Positions 57,047 through 64,000 of a stretch of DNA of 64,000 nt are shown piece by piece. This DNA is from Candidatus Omnitrophota bacterium. Lineage in GTDB: Bacteria; Omnitrophota; Omnitrophia; Omnitrophales; Aquincolibacteriaceae. The stretch is from NCBI GenBank assembly GCA_043732705.1, contig JAYTHE010000002.1:56385-120384 (forward strand), written 5' to 3'. The translations under genes and the position numbers were made by a program. The notes under the pieces were generated by a model. The model had not been told where the DNA came from. It ran no database searches and saw only the letters and a list, made by a program, of their open reading frames with translations. Position 1 is the stretch's first letter. Each line of letters starts with the position of its first letter.

Positions 57047-57334
57047 GTCGTGTTGACATTGTTTCTACGCTCGCGACAGAGACGCGTTGCAAGCAGCACA
57101 AGGAACGAAGAGAAAGGCGCACCCGCTGCGGTGCGTCGACGATGAGTGACGCCGTGATGCGACGCAACTCGCTCTGTCCCCCCAAAAAGGTTATCCATGG
57201 GTTGTGGCGGCATGGTTGTCGTCTCAGCGTTGTTCCTCCTCGACGTAGTGCAGAGACTACGCCATCGTCGTCACGCCTTGATTCGACAGCCATGGCGCTC
57301 ACAACGCGAGTGCATAAACAATGTCAACACGACC
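57047..57334. mobile_element. MITE-like 288 bp palindromic element with 29 bp terminal inverted repeats in a divergent promoter region
   Basis: The TIRs are GGTCGTGTTGACATTGTTTCTACGCTCGC and its near-perfect inverse GCGAGTGCATAAACAATGTCAACACGACC. The interior is itself palindromic. No ORF with coding features is present. Confidence 0.45.
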
Positions 57335-57388
57335 TACCCTTTCCGGGTTTTTACTTGCGGCATTGCACCAAATGCATAAAAATGGGGC

Positions 57389-57844
57389 ATGAAAATTTTT
57401 GGAGCTAAGAAATGGCTTGAAATTATTATTTGTGTGCTTATTCTGATGAGCGCGCGCGCAGCTTTTGCCGCGGGCAGGATTGATGCGATTGCTGATTTGC
57501 AAGAACAGCGTGTGAATGTTTGCAAAGAGCTTGTGAGCGGGGATGATAAAAGTGTCATCAAGGCTTTGAAGGAGACCGGGGATTTGATTGAGAAGCAGAT
57601 TAAACAATCGGCTGATCCCGAGTTTTCGCGCAGAGCTTTTACCCCCGCAACCCGGAAGCTGGATTTAATTTACCAAGCTGATAAAGTCAGAAAGCCTCAA
57701 ATCAATTATATGGGCGATGTTTATCGTGCGGCGCTAGCCGGATTGAGAGTTCAATACCGGGATGAAATTCGTCGGCAAATCCTTGAGGAAAACAATCTTA
57801 AATCAGATTTTTTTGAAAATGATTGCAGGAGACTACTTAAATAA
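57389..57844 (+). CDS. Secreted hypothetical protein
   Basis: Signal peptide ending AAFAAG. Confidence 0.4.
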   Translation: MKIFGAKKWLEIIICVLILMSARAAFAAGRIDAIADLQEQRVNVCKELVSGDDKSVIKALKETGDLIEKQIKQSADPEFSRRAFTPATRKLDLIYQADKVRKPQINYMGDVYRAALAGLRVQYRDEIRRQILEENNLKSDFFENDCRRLLK

Positions 57845-58294
57845 ATGTTAACCCCTTACGCAACGAAATGGATTTGGCGCGTTTTTTGGATAGTGATCCT
57901 GATCAATATTTTTGTTGTTTGCTCGCACTATACGAATAATTTACGCGCCCGCTTTCCAAATATGGATTGGTCGCGCGCCCATTTTGGAATTGCTTCATGG
58001 TATAGCGAAAAAGATAAGTTTATTAACAAACGCACGGCGAATAATGAGAAGTTTGACGATGACGCGATGACATGCGCTTCCTGGCATTATCCATTTCAGG
58101 AAAAACTGCTCGTAATCAATGCTTTTAACGGTCATTGGACGGTTTGCCGCGTGAATGACCGCGGGCCGGCGAAACGGCTGCACCGCGAAATTGATTTAAC
58201 CCACGCTGTTTTCCGTGAAATTTCGAAATCAAAAACAGGCCTCATTCCGGTTACGGTAATCCCTATAGAAAAGGCCAAAACCCGTTTCCGTTAA
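57845..58294 (+). CDS. rlpA: RlpA-like double-psi beta-barrel protein (septal ring lytic transglycosylase family)
   Basis: GIASWYS...MTCASWHYPF...VCRVNDRGP...IDLTHAVF is the DPBB signature. Confidence 0.7.
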   Translation: MLTPYATKWIWRVFWIVILINIFVVCSHYTNNLRARFPNMDWSRAHFGIASWYSEKDKFINKRTANNEKFDDDAMTCASWHYPFQEKLLVINAFNGHWTVCRVNDRGPAKRLHREIDLTHAVFREISKSKTGLIPVTVIPIEKAKTRFR

Positions 58295-58439
58295 ATTCAG
58301 CCGGATAAATCCGGCCAAATGAAGATAGGGGCTTGACTTAAATAGCATCCTGTTTATGATTTAGGCCTGAAATTCTAATTTCATCCTGCCATGAAGGGCT
58401 GCTCGGGGCGGCTCTTAAACTGATAATTAAGGACTGATA

Positions 58440-59552
58440 ATGATCATTGGTGTTCCTAAAGAAACGGCGTCCGGCGAAAACCGCGTGGCGCTTGTTCCTG
58501 AAACAATTGCGAAGCTGATTAAAGCTGGTTTTCAGGTCAATATTCAGCAAGGCGCCGGGGCCAAAGCCTATTTTCAAGACGCCGATTATCAAAAAGCAGG
58601 CGCGAATGTCATTTCTGATGTTTATGTATCGGATGTCATCGTCAAAGTAAGCGCGCCCACAGCTGCTGAAATTGCCCGCCTCAAATCAGGCGCGATTTAC
58701 ATCAGTTTTTTGAATCCATTAGCGGAACCTTCCACAAGCGCTGAGCTTGCGAAAAAAGGCGTGACGGCTTTCAGTATGGAGCTCATTCCGCGTACCAGCC
58801 GTGCGCAAAGTATGGACGCGCTTTCTTCCCAGGCGAATATCGGCGGCTATAAAGCTGTTTTAACAGCGGCAACGGTCATCGGAAAATATTTCCCGATGCT
58901 AACGACGGCCGCCGGAACTGTTCCGCCCGCAAAAGTTTTGGTGATTGGTGTCGGTGTTGCCGGACTTCAGGCAATCGCAACTGCGCGCCGTTTGGGTGCG
59001 GTTGTCAGCGCTTTTGACATTCGCCCTGAAGTGAAAGAACAAGTTCATAGTTTGGGAGCGAAGTTTGTGGAAGCTAAAGTTGAAGTTGCGAGCGCGGAAG
59101 GCGGCTACGCGAAAGAAGTCAACGAAGACACCAAGAAAAAATTGCAGGAAGCTTTGGCTGAAACCGTTGCGGCTTCGGATATTGTGATTACAACCGCGCA
59201 GGTTCCGGGTAAAAAAGCGCCGGTGCTTGTAACACGCGACATGGTTGCGAAAATGCGTGCGGGTTCGGTCATCATCGATATGGCTGCTGAACAAGGCGGC
59301 AACGTTGAGGGTTCAAAAGCAAACGAAACGGTTGAAACCGGCGGGGTTCGTATCCTCGGCCCGGTGAATTTGCCGTCATCCATGCCGGTACATGCCAGCC
59401 AGCTTTATTCGAAAAATATTTTTTCTTTACTGAATTTGATGGTGAAAGAAGGCAAGCTCAATCTTGATCTGAATGACGATATTTTGAAAGGCGCTTGCGT
59501 CGCGCATGGCGGGCAAGTGGTGAATGAAAGAGTGAAGGGGTTACTTAAATGA
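58440..59552 (+). CDS. pntAA: NAD(P) transhydrogenase subunit alpha, part 1 (NAD(H)-binding dI)
   Basis: The AlaDH/PNT N- and C-domains, including a GVGVAGLQA Rossmann motif. Confidence 0.9.
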   Translation: MIIGVPKETASGENRVALVPETIAKLIKAGFQVNIQQGAGAKAYFQDADYQKAGANVISDVYVSDVIVKVSAPTAAEIARLKSGAIYISFLNPLAEPSTSAELAKKGVTAFSMELIPRTSRAQSMDALSSQANIGGYKAVLTAATVIGKYFPMLTTAAGTVPPAKVLVIGVGVAGLQAIATARRLGAVVSAFDIRPEVKEQVHSLGAKFVEAKVEVASAEGGYAKEVNEDTKKKLQEALAETVAASDIVITTAQVPGKKAPVLVTRDMVAKMRAGSVIIDMAAEQGGNVEGSKANETVETGGVRILGPVNLPSSMPVHASQLYSKNIFSLLNLMVKEGKLNLDLNDDILKGACVAHGGQVVNERVKGLLK

Positions 59553-59664
59553 GACCACAAGTTATGGAACAAAGTGAGCATAACTTGTATGGTTTAAATT
59601 TATCCCGAGTCAAAATTATGTTCGATGGAGATATCAGCCCGGAGCAAGGCGAAGGACATTTACT

Positions 59665-59967
59665 ATGAACGAAGTTTTCTTAAATGGAATCACGGTGCTT
59701 TTGCTCGCGACTTTTGTCGGGCTTGAAGTTATCAAAAAAGTTTCACCGCTTTTGCATACGCCTTTGATGTCTCTGACGAATGCGATTAGCGCGATCAGCA
59801 TTGTCGGCGCGATTTTAGTCGCCGGTTCCGCGGAGCATCACAGCCGACTCGGAACGATTCTTGGCGCCGTCGCGGTTTTTTGTTCGATGACCAATATTGT
59901 TTCCGGATTTTTAATCACGGACCGCATGTTGAAGATGTTTAAAAAACGTGAACCGGTAAAAAAATGA
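59665..59967 (+). CDS. pntAB: NAD(P) transhydrogenase subunit alpha, part 2 (membrane dII-alpha)
   Basis: A small four-TM protein sitting between pntAA and pntB. Confidence 0.85.
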   Translation: MNEVFLNGITVLLLATFVGLEVIKKVSPLLHTPLMSLTNAISAISIVGAILVAGSAEHHSRLGTILGAVAVFCSMTNIVSGFLITDRMLKMFKKREPVKK

Positions 59968-61346
59968 GTATGAGCATGATTACTTCCATCGCTTATCTTC
60001 TGGCGGCTGGGCTTTTTATTCTCTCGCTGCGTTGGATGAATTCACCGGTAACCGCGCGTCGCGGTGTGCCCGCGGGTATTGCGGCAATGGTGCTTGCGAT
60101 TGGCGGAACCTTGATCAGTCCGAGCGTTAGTCATTTTACCGCGATTATTATTGCGGTGATTCTTGGTGGTGCGGTGGGTGTTCCGCTCGCGCAGGTTCCG
60201 ATTACTGCAGTTCCGCAGCGGACCGCACTTTCACATGCTTTTGGCGCTTTGGCCGCGGCGCTTGTCGGAACGGCAAAATATTTTACGCTTTCGCAGTCTG
60301 AGTTGACACCCTTTGTAACGGGTGCGATTGTGCTCGAAGTTCTGCTCGGATTCGTTACTTTTACCGGCAGTATTATGGCAGCGCTTAAATTACAAGAATT
60401 AATTCCGACCCGCCCGATGACTTTTCCCGGACAGAACTTTTTTAATTTATCGGTTCTTGGCGCGGCAATTGTGCTTGGCATTTTGCTGATTTTAAATCCG
60501 GCCACGAGCTGGATGTTTGTCGCGGTTGCGGGCTTGGCGCTGCTTTTCGGAATTTTATTGATTCTCCCGATCGGCGGCGCGGATATGCCGACTGTCATTT
60601 CTTTGTTGAATGCTTATGCCGGTCTCTCGGCGGTGGCGATGGGCTTCGTGCTGAATAACAGTCTTTTGATTATCGCAGGGGCGCTTGACGGCGCGAGCGG
60701 TTTAATTCTTTCGATCATTATGTGTAAAGCCATGAATCGTTCTTTTGCGAATATTCTTTTTGGCGCTTTCGGCCAGGTTCAGCAAAGTGCGGCAGTCGGA
60801 ACACAAGGCGATAAAGTTTGTCACACAGTCACTGCGGAAGAAGCGGCGGAATATTTAAAGGAAGCGCAGCGCGTTGTGATCGTGCCCGGTTATGGCATGG
60901 CCGTCGCGCAGGCGCAGCATAAAGTCGAAGAACTTTTTGATCATTTAACATCCCGCGGCATTGACGTGAAATTCGCGATTCATCCCGTTGCGGGACGTAT
61001 GCCCGGCCACATGAACGTGCTTTTAGCTGAAGCGGATATTCCTTACGACAATTTAATTGAAATGGAAGAAATCAATCCTGAGATGGGGCAGGTTGACGTT
61101 GTCATTGTCATCGGCGCGAATGACGTTGTGAATCCGGCGGCAAGAACCAATCCCGGAAGTCCGATTTATGGTATGCCTGTGATTGAAGTTGATAAGGCGA
61201 AGCAGATTATTTTTATGAAACGCGGCCTTGCGACAGGGTTTGCCGGCGTTGAAAACGAACTTTTCTATAATCCCAAGACCATGATGCTTTTTGGTTCCGC
61301 CAAAGAAACCGTCGGCCATTTAACTGCAGCGCTTAAAGCCGAATAG
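59964..61346 (+). CDS. pntB: NAD(P) transhydrogenase subunit beta
   Basis: A TM dII-beta region followed by the NADP(H)-binding dIII GYGMAVAQAQH region. Confidence 0.9.
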   Translation: MSMSMITSIAYLLAAGLFILSLRWMNSPVTARRGVPAGIAAMVLAIGGTLISPSVSHFTAIIIAVILGGAVGVPLAQVPITAVPQRTALSHAFGALAAALVGTAKYFTLSQSELTPFVTGAIVLEVLLGFVTFTGSIMAALKLQELIPTRPMTFPGQNFFNLSVLGAAIVLGILLILNPATSWMFVAVAGLALLFGILLILPIGGADMPTVISLLNAYAGLSAVAMGFVLNNSLLIIAGALDGASGLILSIIMCKAMNRSFANILFGAFGQVQQSAAVGTQGDKVCHTVTAEEAAEYLKEAQRVVIVPGYGMAVAQAQHKVEELFDHLTSRGIDVKFAIHPVAGRMPGHMNVLLAEADIPYDNLIEMEEINPEMGQVDVVIVIGANDVVNPAARTNPGSPIYGMPVIEVDKAKQIIFMKRGLATGFAGVENELFYNPKTMMLFGSAKETVGHLTAALKAE

Positions 61347-61402
61347 TCAGTTTTTCTTTCTGCTCTTCGATCGATCCAATATACAAAGCGCTTAAGCGCC
61401 TA

Positions 61403-61890
61403 CAAAGAATCAGGCTCGCCTCAAACAGCTGCGTCCTTACGGCGCAGAACTCGGCGAATTTGATTCTTTATAGGCGCTCTTTTTTGGCAGTGTGGGGTGG
61501 GGCAATCATCAGAGAAGCAAGGCTAAGACCACCAACTTACTCGAAGGCGCATTTATTTTATCTGATTCCTTCCTGCCTCAAGCTTTGCATTGTAGCTTCC
61601 CGTTATATCTTTTTTTGTCTCAGCGAAGCCGGGACAAAAAAATAAGCCAATCTTTTTTCCTAGTACTGCTGTGCAGAACTAGGAAAAGGTATGACGGGAA
61701 ACTAGATTATTGAGGTTGGGGGCTGTGGTCGGAATCTTAATAGAGAGCCTTCGAGGAATTGAGATTGTAATGCCTTGTTTCTCCGCTAATTGCTTCCACG
61801 CCCATATATTGCGGATGTTCGCTGGAAAAAGATTTAAAAGGCGAATTTGCCGACTTGGACGGCATTGTTTGAGCCGGTTAAATCTTTTTT
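61403..61890. repeat. Full-length copy (c4) of the composite intergenic repeat element
   Basis: Left nested hairpin CAAAGAATCAGGCTCGCC-TCAAACAGCTGCG-tccttacgg-CGCAGAACTCGGCG-AATTTGATTCTTT. It also carries the GTGGGGTGGGGCAATCATCAGAGAAGCAAGG, CTCGAAGGCGCATTTATTTTATCTG and GCCTCAAGCTTTGC..GTAGCTTCCCG boxes collinear with c2. A degenerate inverted right module lies near 61840-61890. Confidence 0.5.
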
Positions 61891-61984
61891 CAGTGAACCC
61901 AGCTCATGGTTTTTACGCCACGCTGTAGTCTGTAATCTAAAGCCGGATTGTGCTAAAATACTTTTTTCTTGAAGGAGCATTTTT

Positions 61985-62617
61985 ATGAAGAATTATTCTG
62001 AGCTTTCTCTGCAGCAATATTTAGACGAACTTTCAAGCGATGCGCCGATTCCGGGTGGGGGAAGCGTATCCGCCTATTCCGCAGCTTTAGCTTTAGGGCT
62101 CATGCAAATGGTTGCAAGAATCACTCTCAAGCGCAAAATTAAACCTGAATTGTCTCCCGAAGAAAAAGATCAGGAAGATAAGAATAAAATATCGTTGCAG
62201 GAAATCATCAATGAAGTGGAAGTCGTGAAGCAGCAGGCGATGCAGGTTGTTTCGACTGATCCGCAGGTTTATCACGAAGTCATGAGTTGTTATGCTCAGA
62301 AAGCTTCCGAGTTGGAAATTGATGCGGCGTTGCTTAAAGCTTTTCGGCTTCAGGCGGATCTTTCCAAGAAAATCGCGCAAGCGCTTGATTTAAACGGAAA
62401 ACTTGCGGGTCTTGTGACGGGAGCGATTAAAAATGATTTGATTGTCGCGCAGCACTTACTCAAGGCGGCGTTTCAAGGCGCTTACCATACCGCGCACATT
62501 AATATTGTCTATTTAAAAAATACTACAAAAAAACTTTCGGCTGAGGATGAGCTGGCAGCGATCCGGCTTAATTTTGGGATAACAGGTAATGTTGCCCCGG
62601 CTCCGGCACACCATTAA
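61985..62617 (+). CDS. Cyclodeaminase/cyclohydrolase family protein (FTCD_C-like, methenyl-THF cyclohydrolase-type)
   Basis: PIPGGGSVSAYSAALALGLMQMV is the FTCD_C signature. It lies upstream of folD. Confidence 0.7.
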   Translation: MKNYSELSLQQYLDELSSDAPIPGGGSVSAYSAALALGLMQMVARITLKRKIKPELSPEEKDQEDKNKISLQEIINEVEVVKQQAMQVVSTDPQVYHEVMSCYAQKASELEIDAALLKAFRLQADLSKKIAQALDLNGKLAGLVTGAIKNDLIVAQHLLKAAFQGAYHTAHINIVYLKNTTKKLSAEDELAAIRLNFGITGNVAPAPAHH

Positions 62618-62692
62618 GTTTTGGTTCTGAGCGCGGTAAATTTTTCTCTGAGACTTACGTCTCAACCGCGACCAAGAGCAGCTATATAAAAA

Positions 62693-63568
62693 ATGAAAGG
62701 TTTGAAAATGACCGCTAAATTATTAGAAGGTAAAAATCTCGCGGTACAAATGCAGAATGAGATCCGTGAATTTGTGGTGCAGGCACCGGGTCGGATTTGT
62801 CTTGCTGTAGTTGAAACCAAAAAAGATCCTTCCGCCGAATGGTATATGGGCGCTCAGGAAAAGCTCGCCGCAAAACTTGGCATTGAATATCTCAAGACTA
62901 ATTGCGAGCAAGTTCCCGATGAGGGTTCGCTAGTTATGAAAATTCGAGACCTTTCCGATGATCCGTTTGTGCACGGTATTTTCCTTTCGATGCCTTTGCC
63001 CCCGCAGTATAACGCGACACGCATTATCGATGCGCTGGATCCCAAAAAGGACGTGGAAGGTATTCATCCTTCGACTTTGGGTTTAATTGTGATGCGCCGT
63101 CGTGTTTCCGTTCCGCCCACCGCTTATTCCGCTTATTTATTGGCTAAATCCGCCGGCATGCCATTGCTTGGAAAGCGTGCGCTTGTGATTGGACAAAGCG
63201 CGATTGTCGGCCGTCCGCTTTCGATTTTGCTCGGTGAAGAACGCATGACCACGACGATCGCGAATGCCGGAACGACGCCCGAAGACTTGAAGAAATTTGT
63301 TTCGGAAAGTGACTTTGTTTTTGCCTGCGTCGGGAAACCCGGGCTGGTTCAAGGAGACTGGGTGAAACCTGGCGCGGTGCTTGTGGATGTGGGCACAACA
63401 GAAGTGAATGGGAAGTTGGTGGGCGATATTGAGTTTGATGCCGCTGCGCAAAAAGCGGGTTTCATTACGCCTGTTCCGGGCGGTGTGGGGCCGCTCACAA
63501 CCACTTTACTTTTCAAAAATTTGACCAATCTCATTCAAAGCCATAGCTCCCATAAAAAGTCGTCTTAA
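62693..63568 (+). CDS. folD: Bifunctional methylenetetrahydrofolate dehydrogenase/cyclohydrolase
   Basis: FolD translation with GIFLSMPLP and GKPGLVQGDWVKPGAVLVDVG. Confidence 0.9.
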   Translation: MKGLKMTAKLLEGKNLAVQMQNEIREFVVQAPGRICLAVVETKKDPSAEWYMGAQEKLAAKLGIEYLKTNCEQVPDEGSLVMKIRDLSDDPFVHGIFLSMPLPPQYNATRIIDALDPKKDVEGIHPSTLGLIVMRRRVSVPPTAYSAYLLAKSAGMPLLGKRALVIGQSAIVGRPLSILLGEERMTTTIANAGTTPEDLKKFVSESDFVFACVGKPGLVQGDWVKPGAVLVDVGTTEVNGKLVGDIEFDAAAQKAGFITPVPGGVGPLTTTLLFKNLTNLIQSHSSHKKSS

Positions 63569-63575
63569 AAACTTG

Positions 63576-64000
63576 ATGAAAAAAATTCAGGCTATTCTCA
63601 AAAAAAAGCAGCGCCGTGAAAAAGTTACGGTATTGACTGCCTATGATTTTCCCACCGCGCGAATTTTAGACGAAGCCGGCATTGATATTTTGTTGGTCGG
63701 CGACTCGCTTGGAATGGTTTTGCGCGGCGACGCGAATACGCGCGGCGTGACAATCGATCACATGGTTTATCACACTCAGGCTGTTACGCGTGCTGCGAAA
63801 AACGCGCTTATTGTCGCGGATATGCCTTATCGGTCATATACGAACCCGGCCGCTGCCGTGAAAAATGCGAAGCGTCTTATCAAAGAAGGCGGCGCGGACG
63901 CGGTTAAGCTTGAAGGCGGAAAAGCAATTGAGAAGCAAGTCGCGGCGATTCTCAAAGCTAAAATTCAAGTCATGGGCCATATCGGCATGACGCCGCAAAG
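63576..64000 (+). CDS. panB: 3-methyl-2-oxobutanoate hydroxymethyltransferase, N-terminal part; the gene runs off the window
   Basis: LTAYDFPTARILDEAGIDILLVGDSLGMV matches PanB. No stop codon occurs before the window ends. Confidence 0.8.
   Translation, partial: MKKIQAILKKKQRREKVTVLTAYDFPTARILDEAGIDILLVGDSLGMVLRGDANTRGVTIDHMVYHTQAVTRAAKNALIVADMPYRSYTNPAAAVKNAKRLIKEGGADAVKLEGGKAIEKQVAAILKAKIQVMGHIGMTPQ

Noticed and set aside
57024-57408. ORFs 57024..57302 (-), 57142..57408 (+) and 57197..57379 (+)
   Set aside because: They fall entirely within the 288 bp palindromic MITE-like element. Their mutual overlap and Arg/Ser-rich translations are what a GC-rich palindrome read in several frames would give.
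4240-61890. Possibility that the hairpin-containing repeats (c1, c2, c4 and the REP units) are a CRISPR array
   Set aside because: Copies are kilobases apart. They are not regularly spaced direct repeats with unique spacers, and no cas genes are present.
61460-61928. Three small + strand ORFs (61-73 aa) between pntB and the FTCD_C gene
   Set aside because: They overlap the composite repeat element c4, which is collinear with the non-coding copy c2. No SD or coding signature is visible.

Overview
This 64 kb window is a gene-dense bacterial chromosomal segment. Lipobox lipoproteins, RND efflux, RlpA and PntAB suggest a diderm organism; GC is roughly 45-50%. I found no rRNA, tRNA or CRISPR. In order, the recognisable content is: a beta-carbonic-anhydrase-like fragment; a complete livJHMGF branched-chain amino-acid ABC transporter operon; a VanZ-like gene; an APC/KimA-like transporter preceded by a sigma70 promoter and a candidate ydaO-type c-di-AMP riboswitch; pseudouridine synthase; a YaeQ-like gene; tag; yciH; an M48 peptidase; a PAS histidine kinase with two receiver proteins, one carrying a GGDEF domain; a zinc-metallopeptidase-like plus ATP-grasp gene pair; a DAACS symporter; TspO; pirin; ferritin; a nitroreductase; a copper/silver resistance cluster (CusB, CusA, a Met-rich periplasmic protein, a CopA P-type ATPase and a CDF transporter); a LacI-family regulator with two palindromic operators and a large repeat-containing secreted protein; a radical-SAM gene and a GT2 glycosyltransferase; RlpA; pntAA-pntAB-pntB; and an FTCD_C-like gene followed by folD and panB. 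The outstanding feature is one uninterrupted 13.7 kb ORF (41261..54952, 4563 aa). It fuses, in a single N-terminally membrane-anchored polypeptide, most known NAD biosynthesis, salvage and turnover enzymes: an NadE CN-hydrolase plus NAD-synthetase; an HxGH NMN/NaMN adenylyltransferase; a Nudix ADP-ribose pyrophosphatase; two NAPRT/NAMPT-family phosphoribosyltransferases; a PncA nicotinamidase; an IMPase-like phosphatase; a HAD phosphatase; an NPPY methyltransferase; and a duplicated domain I could not recognise. Secondary signals are: a composite intergenic repeat family with nested-hairpin end modules at three loci; two paralogous leaderless mini-ORFs (MNPVR...NF-stop) coupled to unrelated downstream genes; a 288 bp MITE-like palindromic element; REP-like hairpins; and a (CCACGNN)4/(CGTGGNN)4 hairpin at a gene junction. 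Everything here is read from the sequence alone, with no database search. Domain calls rest on motifs I recognised in the translations.
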